NCBI GenBank assembly: GCA_025928645.1
Contig: JAICJD010000001.1
Span: 24,108-88,107 of the forward strand
Length of the DNA: 64,000 nucleotides
Source: Gemmatimonadales bacterium
GTDB lineage: Bacteria; Gemmatimonadota; Gemmatimonadetes; Gemmatimonadales; GWC2-71-9
Direction: 5' to 3'
Below, one piece after another: positions 36,791 to 45,715 of this stretch. The position numbers were made by a program, and so were the translations under genes. The notes beneath the pieces were generated by a model. That model was not told the origin of the DNA and did no database searches. It worked only from the letters and a program-made list of their open reading frames with translations. The stretch's first letter is position 1. Each line of letters opens with the position of its first letter.

Positions 36791-38078
36791 GCGTGGCGCG
36801 CAGCGTCAGCGTCTGCGCTCCGCGCCGCACCACGATGTCCACCGTATCGCCGGGCTTGTGGCTCCGCAGGGCGACCGTCATCCCCTCGAGATCCCGCACG
36901 TCCATGTCGCCGATCCTCGTGATGATATCATCGCCCCGAAGGCCGGCCTGCTCCGCCGGGCTCCCGGCCCGGACCCCGAGCAGCCGCACGCCCTCGGGGC
37001 TGTCCGTCATGTCGGGCACCGTGCCCAGGTAGGCGCCATAGCCGGGAGAGGCGGGCGCCGCCGTCAGGACGGGGGCCGGAGGGACGGCGACCGGCGTGAG
37101 CGGCCGCGTCCGGTTGGCCAGGGCGGTCAACGCGCCGGTCACGAAGGTCGCGACCTGCCCGAATCCCTCGACGTTGATCTTTTCCCAGTCGTCGGTGGTG
37201 CGGTGGTAATCCTCGTGCAGGTCGGTGAAGAAATGGAGCACGGGTCGCCCGGCGGCATAGAACGACGATTGGTCGCTCGGACCGTAGCCGTCGCCCTGCG
37301 CCTTGAGATCGAACCCCGCGTACCAGTTGAGCGAGTCGAGCAGCCTGGGGAACTCTTTGGCCGTCTGCGCCCCGTACACGATGAGCCGCTTCTGCCGGAG
37401 CCGCCCGACCATGTCGAGGTTGATCATGGCGAGCGTGGTGGACAGCGGGTATACCGGGTGCTTCACGTAGTACTCCGAGCCCAGCAGGCCGAGCTCCTCC
37501 CCGCTGAACGCGATGAAGACGACGGTTCGCGCCGTCGGCGTCGCGGCCAGCCGCTGGGCGACCTCGATCAGCATCGCGGCGCCCGACGCGTTGTCGTCCG
37601 CCCCGTTGTGCACCTTGCCGGTGCTGTCCGGATCCAGGCCGCCGAAGCCGCCCAGGCCCAGGTGGTCGTAGTGGGCGCCCAGGATGATGCACTGGTTGCG
37701 CAGGACGGGATCGTGACCTGGCAGCAGGCCGATCACGTTCCGGCCGGTGAGTCCCGCGACGTGCGCATGCTGGGCCGCCGGCGCGTCGCGCTCGATCGGA
37801 AACGGCTGGAACCATCCGCCGGCCGCCGGCTGCAGCCCGACCGCCGCGAACCGCCGCGCGAGATACGCCGCGGCGGTGTCGGCACCCGCGCTCCCGGTCA
37901 ACCGACCGGCCAGCCGGGCGTCGCTCAGGAACTTGATGTCGTCGATCGGAAGGATCGGCGGGGGCGCGGGCACCCGGACGACCTCGGGCGGCGCGGTTCC
38001 CATCTGCTGGGCGGCGAGCGGCGCGACGAGGCAGGCCAGGGCGGCGAGCAGTCCGGCGGGCGTACGGCGTGCGGGCAT
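36771..38078 (-). CDS. M28 family metallopeptidase with C-terminal PDZ domain
   Basis: Signal-like MPARRTPAGLLAALACLVAPLAAQQ. M28 motifs LGAHYDHLG, GADDNASG, FSGEELGLLGS. PDZ segment GSPAEQAGLRGDDIITRIGD. Start set to Met63 of the track ORF. Confidence 0.8.
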   Translation of the reverse strand: MPARRTPAGLLAALACLVAPLAAQQMGTAPPEVVRVPAPPPILPIDDIKFLSDARLAGRLTGSAGADTAAAYLARRFAAVGLQPAAGGWFQPFPIERDAPAAQHAHVAGLTGRNVIGLLPGHDPVLRNQCIILGAHYDHLGLGGFGGLDPDSTGKVHNGADDNASGAAMLIEVAQRLAATPTARTVVFIAFSGEELGLLGSEYYVKHPVYPLSTTLAMINLDMVGRLRQKRLIVYGAQTAKEFPRLLDSLNWYAGFDLKAQGDGYGPSDQSSFYAAGRPVLHFFTDLHEDYHRTTDDWEKINVEGFGQVATFVTGALTALANRTRPLTPVAVPPAPVLTAAPASPGYGAYLGTVPDMTDSPEGVRLLGVRAGSPAEQAGLRGDDIITRIGDMDVRDLEGMTVALRSHKPGDTVDIVVRRGAQTLTLRATLAQRGG

Positions 38079-38103
38079 ACGGTCGAAGGATACCACGCCC
38101 CGA

Positions 38104-39183
38104 CTAGCGGGGCACGAAGTCGATGTCCGGCGTGAGGCGACCCACGAACGCGGCGAGCAGCCGCGCCGTGCGATCGAGATCCTCGAGCGCCACCATCTCG
38201 TTGGGGCTGTGCATGTAGCGGTTGGGCACGGAGACGAGGGCCGTGGCCACGCCGCGGTGCGCATTGAAGATCGCCTCGGCGTCAGTGTGGGTGTCGCGCG
38301 AGGCCGCCTCGATCGTGTACGGAATGCCCTCCGCCTCCGCGGCCGCCGCGAGCCGCTCGAACACCAGCTCGCTGACCGATGCGCCGCGTGACAGCACCGG
38401 TCCGCCGCCGAGGCGGTAGTCGCCGTGCTTGCGCTTGTCGATGCCCGGGGAGTCGGTCGCGTGGGTCACGTCGACCACGATGGCGACGTCGGGCTCGAGC
38501 GTCGCCGCCGACGAGCGGGCCCCGCCGCCGGTGGCGGCGATCTCCTCCCGCGTCGTCGCGACCGCCGTCACCGGCGCGTCCGGGCGGCCGCCGTCCCGCG
38601 CGAGCAGTCGAACCGCCTCGAGCACGACGAACGCGCCGATGCGATTGTCGATGCACCGGCTCACCAGCCGTCCGTTGGGAAACTCGAGCACCCCGGCCGC
38701 GAGCACGCCAGGGTCCCCGATCCGAAGCTGGCGCTCCGCGTCGGCCCGGTTCGCCGCGCCGACGTCGATCCAGAGATCGTCGACCTTGGAGATCTTCTCG
38801 CGCTCGTCCTTGTCCATCATGTGGATGGCCCGCTTGCCCACGACCCCCGCCACGGTGCCCTGGCGCCCCAGCAGCACGACCCGCTGGCCGACGAAGACCT
38901 GGTGGTCCCATCCGCCGATCGTGTCGAAGCTGAGATAGCCGTCGTCGTCGATGTGCGTCACCATGACGCCGATCTCGTCGATGTGGCCGGCGAGCATCAC
39001 GCGTGGGCGGCCCGCGCCCTCGAGGGTGGCGAACGAGTTGCCCGCGACGTCCGCTCGGACCTCGTCGGCGAACCGCTGGGCCTCGGTGCGCCACCGCCTG
39101 GCGGGGGCCGCTTCGAAGGCGGATGGACCGGGCGTATCGAGCAGCGACTTGAGAAAGGCGAGCGATTCTGGCGTCATGGGCAT
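38104..39183 (-). CDS. M42 family aminopeptidase (FrvX / glutamyl aminopeptidase type)
   Basis: LLDTPGPSAFE, MLAGHIDEIGVMV, SRCIDNRIG, TTREEI, and NRYMHSPNEMV. Confidence 0.85.
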   Translation of the reverse strand: MPMTPESLAFLKSLLDTPGPSAFEAAPARRWRTEAQRFADEVRADVAGNSFATLEGAGRPRVMLAGHIDEIGVMVTHIDDDGYLSFDTIGGWDHQVFVGQRVVLLGRQGTVAGVVGKRAIHMMDKDEREKISKVDDLWIDVGAANRADAERQLRIGDPGVLAAGVLEFPNGRLVSRCIDNRIGAFVVLEAVRLLARDGGRPDAPVTAVATTREEIAATGGGARSSAATLEPDVAIVVDVTHATDSPGIDKRKHGDYRLGGGPVLSRGASVSELVFERLAAAAEAEGIPYTIEAASRDTHTDAEAIFNAHRGVATALVSVPNRYMHSPNEMVALEDLDRTARLLAAFVGRLTPDIDFVPR

Positions 39184-39227
39184 CGGGTCGAAGAGCGAAC
39201 AAAGGTCGCGGCCATCGCGCCGCTTGT

Positions 39228-39710
39228 CTACCCCTCGCCGGGGAGCAGGGCCAGCTCGAGAAAAACGGCGCCGGGGAGCGGGTTCTGCCGGTAAGCCTCG
39301 ATTCGCCGGAACCCGAGCCGCTGGTAGAGGCTATGGGCCTCCGCCATGCCGGCCAGGGTGTCCAGCCGCATCGCGGAATAGCGGGCGGCGCGAGCGTGCT
39401 CGATCGCGGCAGCCGCCAGCCGCCTGCCCAGCCCGGTGCCCCGAAACCGCGGTCTCACGTAAAGCCGTTTCATTTCGCACACCGCCGATTCCAGGGGGCG
39501 GACACCCACACACCCTGCTGGCTCGCCGTCGACCCCGCCCAGGAGCAGGCACCCGGCCGGCGGCGCATACGCCCCGGGGAGCGTCTCGAGCTCCGCCGAA
39601 AAGCCCTGGAATTCCAGATCGAAGCCCAGTCCGGACGCGTACTCCTCGAACAGCGCCCGCACCTCCGCCACCGCGCGACCGTGGTGCCCGGGCCCGATGT
39701 CGACCCTCAT
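39228..39710 (-). CDS. GNAT family N-acetyltransferase
   Basis: [27 protein letters not shown] (acetyl-CoA binding R/QxxGxG/A motif). Start set to the ATG at 39708-39710 ([10 protein letters not shown]…), overlapping the upstream stop (ATGA). Confidence 0.8.
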   Translation of the reverse strand: MRVDIGPGHHGRAVAEVRALFEEYASGLGFDLEFQGFSAELETLPGAYAPPAGCLLLGGVDGEPAGCVGVRPLESAVCEMKRLYVRPRFRGTGLGRRLAAAAIEHARAARYSAMRLDTLAGMAEAHSLYQRLGFRRIEAYRQNPLPGAVFLELALLPGEG

Positions 39711-40600
39711 CCCTGAGGACGCCAGCGCTCGAGGCCGGGCATGACTCGGCCCGCCATGGCGGAATGAAGTCGCTCGGCGCCGTCCACCAGGCGAGGACCC
39801 GGACGGGAGCTGTAGGCATTCCCGTCCAGCACCCACACCACGTCCGCGCTTCCGCCCCGGAGACGGGTCGCGAGCGGAGGGTCGAGCCGATCCAGCTCGG
39901 CCCGGGCGCGCTCGATCCCGAACCCACACAACATGACCATGACCAGATCCGGCCGGAGCGCTGCCACCGCTTCCCAGTCCGTGACCCTCGAGTGGTCGCC
40001 GGAACGGGCGCCGATGTTCGAGCCGCCTGCCGCCTCTACCAGGTCCGGCACCCAATGGCCCGCGAGGTAAAGTGGCTCCAGCCATTCGATGCACAGCACC
40101 CGTGGACGAGCTTCGGCGGCCTGCTGCCTCAACCGGTCCAGCCGCGCTGCGAGGGCATCCACCAGAGCCTCACCCTCCGGAACGAGGCCCAGGCTGCGGG
40201 CCGTCCGCCGGATGTCTTCCAGCACGCCGTCCAGCGTTCGGCCCCGGAGCGTCAGGATCTCCGGCGGCTGGGGCATGACCGCCGCCAGCCGGTGCACCGC
40301 GCCGTCGGCCACCGCGCAGACCTCGCACAGGTCCTGGGCGATGATGACGTCGGGGCTGAGGCGTTCCAGCGCCTCGGCATCGACCGTGATGACGGCGCGG
40401 CCGGACTCGCGGAGCCGCCGCACCTCCGCGTCGATGGCCGCGCCGGGCAGCGACGGATCAATCGGCGTGCCGGTGACCTGCGGCAGGCCGCGCACCCAGT
40501 CCGGGTAGTCGCATTCGTGGGACACGGCCGCGAGCGTCGCGCCGCCGCCGAGCGCCGCGACGATCTCGGTAGCGCCGGGAAGCAGCGTCACGACGCGCAT
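39707..40600 (-). CDS. BtuF/FhuD-like ABC-type substrate-binding protein (no obvious signal peptide; no cognate permease or ATPase nearby)
   Basis: [31 protein letters not shown] and [26 protein letters not shown] are typical of cobalamin/siderophore-type periplasmic binding proteins. Confidence 0.7.
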   Translation of the reverse strand: MRVVTLLPGATEIVAALGGGATLAAVSHECDYPDWVRGLPQVTGTPIDPSLPGAAIDAEVRRLRESGRAVITVDAEALERLSPDVIIAQDLCEVCAVADGAVHRLAAVMPQPPEILTLRGRTLDGVLEDIRRTARSLGLVPEGEALVDALAARLDRLRQQAAEARPRVLCIEWLEPLYLAGHWVPDLVEAAGGSNIGARSGDHSRVTDWEAVAALRPDLVMVMLCGFGIERARAELDRLDPPLATRLRGGSADVVWVLDGNAYSSRPGPRLVDGAERLHSAMAGRVMPGLERWRPQG

Positions 40601-40601
40601 G

Positions 40602-41021
40602 TCAACGCTCAGTCAGGCGGCGCGGGCGGTAGCTGGCGAAGAGCAGCAGGCCGATGAACGGCGCCAGCAGGGTTCGAAAGTCGTGCGTCAAGGTGTAGGC
40701 CAGAAGCCCCAGCAGGGTTGGCGCCTCGATCAGCGCCCAGGCGACCAGCACCCGGCCGAGGTTGGCGCGCCACCAGTCGTCCTCGCTGGCGGCGCCCGCC
40801 GGAGCGACCAGCCGTCCCACGGTGAACGCCGCACCCCCGAACAGGATGGCGCTCACCACCGCGAGCGCGATGTAGAGCACACGCCGGTCGGGCAGCGCGA
40901 CTTCGGGCACCGAGCGCTCCTGGATCGCCCACGCCAGCACCCAGAACCCCAGAATCCCGAACACCAGCGCCCCGTGGATGATCCTCGCGCGGATGGAAGG
41001 CGAGACCGGCGGCTGGGCCAT
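40602..41021 (-). CDS. Hypothetical membrane protein (4 predicted TM segments)
   Basis: 139 aa with four hydrophobic stretches. It is tightly packed between the OPT and binding-protein genes. Confidence 0.5.
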   Translation of the reverse strand: MAQPPVSPSIRARIIHGALVFGILGFWVLAWAIQERSVPEVALPDRRVLYIALAVVSAILFGGAAFTVGRLVAPAGAASEDDWWRANLGRVLVAWALIEAPTLLGLLAYTLTHDFRTLLAPFIGLLLFASYRPRRLTER

Positions 41022-41024
41022 CGC

Positions 41025-43214
41025 TCAGCGGCTCGCGACGCGATACAGCACCGCCGCCATGAACGCGAAGACGCCGAGCGCCACGAGATCGTTCGTGGCG
41101 AAAGTGCCCAGGGCGTCCTGCAGCCCCGCGACGTGCGCCAGGTAGTCGGCCGCCGGCACCTGGGCCGCGTCCGCCCGCTTCACCAGCGCCGCCGCCACGC
41201 CGGCGATCGCGATGCCGGCGAGCGCGCCGCCCGCGATGAGTCCGCTCGAGAACAGCACGCCGGGTCCGGACTCCACCTCCGCGATCGAGCGGGTGCCGCC
41301 GCGCGCCCGCCGCTCCACCAGCCAGCGCACCACGCCGCCGGCGAACATGGCCGAGGAGGTCGAGATCGGGAGGTATACGCCCACCGCGATCGGCAGCGAT
41401 TGCAGCCCCATCAGCTCGATCGACAGCGTGAGGAACACGCCGATGAGCACGAGCCCCCACGGAAGCTTCCGGGTGAGGATGCCGTCGGTGACCAGCGCCA
41501 TGATGGTCGCCTTCGGGGAGTCGAGCTTCGTGATGGGCCGCCCGTCGAGCTCCCGGATGCGCCCGCCGATCCCCGGGTCCACCAGGTAGGCCACCTCGCG
41601 GGTGGCCGGGTCGATGAGATACTTCCCGGGCTGGACGCCCTGAGTCGGCAGATTCACGCGGACCACGTCGTATTCGTGGCCGGCGTGGCGCATCCGCTCG
41701 CCCAGTGAAGTCACCGAGCGGGTCTCCGCGCCGGGCGCCGCCGCTTGGAGCGCGACGCCCTGGTGCCGCTCGGGCACGATCGTGGTGTAGGTGGTGTTGA
41801 GCAGCGTGAGGGTCCAGCCCACGGCCAGCGCCGAGGTCACCGCGCCGATGATGATGCCGATCTGCTGCCGGCGCGGCGTGGCGCCGACGAGGAAGCCGGT
41901 CTTGAGGTCCTGGCTGGTCGCGCCCGCGTTGCTCGCGGCCACGGCGATGACCCCGGCGATCGAGATCGCCCCTACCCGGTGGTCCACCCCGGTCCAGCCG
42001 ATTAGCAGGAAGATCGCGGTCGTTCCGATCAGCGCGGCGATGGTCATGCCCGAGACCGGGTTCGCGCTGACCCCGATCTCGCCGGTGATGCGCGATGAGA
42101 CCACTACGAAGAAGAAGCCGAAGACGATGATGAGGATCGCGCCGAGCAGGTTGACGGAGAGCTGGGGCAGGAACGTGAGGAAGAGCGCCAGCACGACCGC
42201 GCCCACCAGGGTGACCCACACCGGCAGATCCACGTCCGTGCGCACCCGCGCGCTCGCGTCGCCCAGACTGCCGCGGAGGTCCTGGAAGCCGGAGCGGAAC
42301 GCGCCGATGATGGTCGGGAGCGAGCGGAGGAGCGCGATGATCCCCGCCGAGGCGACCGCGCCGGCGCCGATATAGAACACGAAGTTCGCCCGGATGTCGC
42401 TCGGGCTCATGTCGGCGATCAGCGTCGTCTCCGCGAAGATCGGCTTGGTGAGCCCGCTGCCGAACAGCTTGATCGCGGGGATCAGCACCAGGTACGCCAG
42501 CGAGCCGCCGGCGAACAGATACCCCGCGATGCGCGGGCCGATGATGTAACCGACGCCCAGCAGCTCGGGCGAGACCTCCGCCGAGATCGACGCGCCGCGG
42601 TACCCGGTCGAGACCCAGCCCGGGTACTCCTTCCACACCTTGAGCCCCGACATCAGGAACTTGTAGGCGAAGGCGAAGCCGAACGCCTGGAACAGCCGCC
42701 TCGCCTGCAGCCCGCCTCTCTCCCCGGCGACCAGCACCTCGGCGCAGGCCGTGCCCTCGGGATAGGTCAGCCGGCCGTGCTCCTTCACGATCAGCGCGCG
42801 CCGGAGCGGAATCATGAGCAGCGTGCCCATGACCCCGCCGACCACCGCCACCACCGCGACCTTGCCCACGCTCAGGTCGTAGCCCATGAGCAGGATGGCC
42901 GGCAGGGTGAAGACGATGCCGGCGGCGATCGACTCGCCCGCCGAACCGGTCGTCTGCACCATGTTGTTCTCGAGGATCGTGGAGTGCCCCAGCGTCCGGA
43001 AGAAGGCCACCGAGAGCACCGCGATCGGGATGGAGGCCGAGACAGTGAGGCCGATCTTGAGCGCGAGGTACACACTCGACGCCGCGAACACGAGGCCGAG
43101 CAGCGCGCCGAGGACGAGGGCGCGCACGGTGAGCTCGGCCGGCTCGCGCGTGGGCGGAACGAACGGTTCGAATGTCGGAGCGGGTTCCGCGACGGGCGGC
43201 GTGACGGTCGCCAT
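41025..43214 (-). CDS. OPT-family oligopeptide transporter
   Basis: ELTVRALVLGALLGLVFAASSVYLALKIGLTVSASIPIAVLS and about 16 hydrophobic segments, characteristic of bacterial OPT superfamily proteins. Start set to the ATG at 43212-43214 (MATVTPPVAEP…). Confidence 0.85.
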   Translation of the reverse strand: MATVTPPVAEPAPTFEPFVPPTREPAELTVRALVLGALLGLVFAASSVYLALKIGLTVSASIPIAVLSVAFFRTLGHSTILENNMVQTTGSAGESIAAGIVFTLPAILLMGYDLSVGKVAVVAVVGGVMGTLLMIPLRRALIVKEHGRLTYPEGTACAEVLVAGERGGLQARRLFQAFGFAFAYKFLMSGLKVWKEYPGWVSTGYRGASISAEVSPELLGVGYIIGPRIAGYLFAGGSLAYLVLIPAIKLFGSGLTKPIFAETTLIADMSPSDIRANFVFYIGAGAVASAGIIALLRSLPTIIGAFRSGFQDLRGSLGDASARVRTDVDLPVWVTLVGAVVLALFLTFLPQLSVNLLGAILIIVFGFFFVVVSSRITGEIGVSANPVSGMTIAALIGTTAIFLLIGWTGVDHRVGAISIAGVIAVAASNAGATSQDLKTGFLVGATPRRQQIGIIIGAVTSALAVGWTLTLLNTTYTTIVPERHQGVALQAAAPGAETRSVTSLGERMRHAGHEYDVVRVNLPTQGVQPGKYLIDPATREVAYLVDPGIGGRIRELDGRPITKLDSPKATIMALVTDGILTRKLPWGLVLIGVFLTLSIELMGLQSLPIAVGVYLPISTSSAMFAGGVVRWLVERRARGGTRSIAEVESGPGVLFSSGLIAGGALAGIAIAGVAAALVKRADAAQVPAADYLAHVAGLQDALGTFATNDLVALGVFAFMAAVLYRVASR

Positions 43215-43513
43215 TGGGGTCCTGAGCGTTGGGGAACGGGCGTGCGGATCGGACTGGAAGGGGAAAGGTAGGGCGGCCGGAAGGGTCAGTCTAGCCGAGG
43301 TGCGCATCCGCCCCGCGGCAGCCAGGGGCCAGGATGGAGCACCGGCGGCATGTGCGGGGTGTCCGGCGGGCCGGGTGACCATAGTCACCGCCCCGCATGG
43401 GCCAGATGTGCTATCGTCGCGATGGTCGGCTCGCTCCTGCCGACGGGCATTCGATCATCGTGATGGCGCGAGGCACAACGAAGCGATCAGGCTCCAATCC
43501 AGGGGAGGGCGTC

Positions 43514-43663
43514 ATGCTGTGGACCATCTTCGTAATCCTGCTCGTGCTGTGGCTGCTCGGGATGGTGTCGTCGTACACCCTCGGCGGCTTCATTCACGTG
43601 CTGCTGGTCGTCGCGATCGTCATCGCGCTGATCCAGCTCATTCAGGGCAGGCGCGTGGTATGA
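43514..43663 (+). CDS. Small membrane protein, lmo0937-like family
   Basis: MLWTIFVILLVLWLLGMVSSYTLGGFIHVLLVVAIVIALIQLIQGRRVV: 49 aa with two TM segments and the family-typical MLWTI…LIQGRR ends. GGAGGG lies upstream of the ATG. Confidence 0.6.
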   Translation: MLWTIFVILLVLWLLGMVSSYTLGGFIHVLLVVAIVIALIQLIQGRRVV

Positions 43664-43881
43664 GGCCGGCGGCGATCGTCGGGATCCTGCTCATCATCCT
43701 GGGCGTCGTCGGCCTGGCGTTCGGCGGCTTCTCCTTCAAGCACAAGGAGAAAGTGGTCGATCTCGGGCCCATCGAGGCTACGGCCGACAAGAAGGAGTCG
43801 GTGCCCATCCCGCCGATCCTCGGAGGACTTGCCATCGTGGGCGGCATCGTCCTGTTGGCGACCAGCGCGCGGCGGGCCTGA
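43660..43881 (+). CDS. Small two-TM membrane protein (hypothetical)
   Basis: The ATG at 43660 overlaps the upstream stop (ATGA). 73 aa: a TM, a charged loop (KHKEKVVDLGPIEATADKKES) and a second TM. Confidence 0.55.
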   Translation: MRPAAIVGILLIILGVVGLAFGGFSFKHKEKVVDLGPIEATADKKESVPIPPILGGLAIVGGIVLLATSARRA

Positions 43882-43916
43882 GCCCACGGCAATCTCGCCG
43901 GCTCCCGCCGGAGGGT

Positions 43917-43958
43917 CCGAAGGGGAATCCGTTGACGGGATTCCCCTTCGGCGTTTGG
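43917..43958 (+). terminator. Rho-independent terminator candidate after the small membrane protein pair
   Basis: A 14-bp perfect stem, ccgaaggggaatcc / ggattccccttcgg, with a 7-nt loop, followed by cgtttgg (a weak U-tract). Confidence 0.55.
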
Positions 43959-44120
43959 GACAGCTTGCGATCCAGGTCGTCCGGGGCCCGCCACTTCCGC
44001 GAATGGCGCGGTGCCTGTCCATTTGTTCGTCGGCACAGAACCGGAGCAGTTTCCGGTTCGTTCCCCGGATGTCGGCACTGCCCCCGGTGGGCAGACTCCC
44101 CCACAACCGTCACGCCAGGG

Positions 44121-44777
44121 ATGAGCCGCCAGCTTTCGCTGTCTCCTGACCCCGATTCCGGCGCCCCACCGACGCCCGAGGGGGGCGGCCGCCGTCCGCT
44201 CGGGCTCGCGCGCGAGAGCACGCTCCGCCGCCGGCTCATGGCCCGCGACGAGCAGGCGCTGGTCGAGCTGATCGAGCTGGCGAGCCCCTGGCTGCTGGGG
44301 CTGGTCCAGTCGATGCTCCGCGACCAGGACGAGGCCGAAGAGGTGGTGCTCGAGGTCTTCGCTACCGCCTGGGACCGGGTCGGCACGCTGGGCGACGAGC
44401 ACGATGCGCTGCTGCCCTGGCTGCTCCGGATCGCCCGGAATCGCGCGATCGACCGCCTGCGGCGGCGGCGGCGGTGGCGGCTCAAGCTGGACCGGGCGAA
44501 GGCATTCGGCGAGGTGTCCGCCGATCGGGTCGGTCCGCGCGAGGTCAACGAGGCGGCGCAGCCCGGCTGGCACGTGCACGAAACGGTGCACGCCGCCCTC
44601 GCGCGCCTCCCGGCCGATCAGCGGGAGGTGGTTCGGCTGGCCTACTTCGAGGGGCTCACGCACTCCGAGATCGCGCGGCGGCTCGATCTTCCGATGGGCA
44701 CCGTGAAGACCAGACTCCGCCTCGCGTTCGACAAGCTGCGCGTGACGCTGGGGTCGATCAAGGACTGGATCGCATGA
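44121..44777 (+). CDS. ECF (sigma-70 family, group 4) RNA polymerase sigma factor
   Basis: Region 2 EAEEVVLEVFATAWDRV…LLPWLLRIARNRAIDRLRRR. Region 4 REVVRLAYFEGLTHSEIARRLDLPMGTVKTRLRLA. The ATG at 44121 is the only start that keeps the helix preceding region 2. Confidence 0.8.
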   Translation: MSRQLSLSPDPDSGAPPTPEGGGRRPLGLARESTLRRRLMARDEQALVELIELASPWLLGLVQSMLRDQDEAEEVVLEVFATAWDRVGTLGDEHDALLPWLLRIARNRAIDRLRRRRRWRLKLDRAKAFGEVSADRVGPREVNEAAQPGWHVHETVHAALARLPADQREVVRLAYFEGLTHSEIARRLDLPMGTVKTRLRLAFDKLRVTLGSIKDWIA

Positions 44778-45499
44778 CGGCTCACGACTGGTACACCGAG
44801 AACCGTGCCGGCTTCGTGGCCCGCAGCCTCGAGCCCGATGAGGAGCGCACCTTCCGCGACCATCTCGCGCGCTGCGAGGAATGCCGCCGCGAGGTGGAGG
44901 CGCTCGAGCGGGAGTTGGGATGGCTGCCGATGGCGGTGCGCCCGGCGGCTCCTGCGCCGGGGTTCGCGCGCCGCACCGCGGCCGAGGTGCTCGACCGCCG
45001 GAGCCGCTGGCGGCGCCGCTTTCCGCTGGCTGCCGCGGCGGTCCTGGCGCTCGCCGCCGGCACCGCTGCCTTCGGCGCGCGGCGCGAGGGCCGTGAGCTC
45101 CGGGTCCAGCTCGTCCGCAACGAGGTACGGCTCGCGGCGCTGCAGGATACCCTCTCCGTCCTTCGCCGGGCCAACAACGTGCTGCAGACGCGCATCTCGA
45201 TGGGCGGACACCAGGGCGGCATGCTGATCTTCCAGGATGCCGCCTCGCACCGGTGGTGTGTCATCGTGCACGGCCTGCCGCCCGCGCCGGTCGGCAGCAA
45301 ATATCAGTTCTGGTTCATCACCGAGAGCGGCATGGTGCGGTCGGTCGAGGTGAACGCCGATCCCAGCCGGCCGGCCATCATGACATTGCCGATGCCCGGC
45401 GTCCGCGCGCCGGTCATGGGGGCCGCCCTCACCATGGAGCCGATGCGAAACCGCTCGGACGAGCCCGAAGGGGTGACGCTGGCGCACTTGGTTTTCTGA
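44774..45499 (+). CDS. Anti-sigma factor (zf-HC2 N-terminus, one TM, RskA-like C-terminal domain)
   Basis: The ATG overlaps the sigma-factor stop (ATGA). HLARCEECRRE (HxxxCxxC). TM segment FPLAAAAVLALAAGTAAF. C-terminal …YQFWFI…. Confidence 0.75.
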   Translation: MTAHDWYTENRAGFVARSLEPDEERTFRDHLARCEECRREVEALERELGWLPMAVRPAAPAPGFARRTAAEVLDRRSRWRRRFPLAAAAVLALAAGTAAFGARREGRELRVQLVRNEVRLAALQDTLSVLRRANNVLQTRISMGGHQGGMLIFQDAASHRWCVIVHGLPPAPVGSKYQFWFITESGMVRSVEVNADPSRPAIMTLPMPGVRAPVMGAALTMEPMRNRSDEPEGVTLAHLVF

Positions 45500-45564
45500 C
45501 GGTCTTCTCAAGGGGTTTTGACGCACGCCGGCGGTCAGGTCATCGAGAGGCTGGTCAGGAACGA

Positions 45565-45701
45565 GCAGGGCCGCGAGGGCCGGGTGCTCCTTCGGGGCGC
45601 TGCGGAACGCTCTGCTGCGGAGCCCCGGCAAACTGCGCCGGGTCTCCTCCACGACGCGTTCCAACGCGCCCCTACGGAGCACCCGGCCCTCGCGCCCCTG
45701 C
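45565..45701. repeat. Long imperfect inverted repeat (rod-like hairpin) in the convergent intergenic region
   Basis: Arms 45565-45610 and 45656-45701 pair at 40 of 46 positions, including an uninterrupted 18-bp run (45572-45589 with 45677-45694). The apical 45 nt carries its own 6-bp hairpin (45624-45629 with 45637-45642). Checked base by base. Confidence 0.8.
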
Positions 45702-45715
45702 CTCGTTCCTGAACC

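Noticed and set aside
43374-43389. A small palindrome GGTGAC-CATA-GTCACC, nested in GCGGGG…CCCCGC, in the divergent OPT / small-membrane-protein intergenic region.
   Set aside because: It is short (6-bp arms), so chance occurrence is plausible. It has no second copy and no associated regulator gene. It could be an operator, but the evidence is insufficient.
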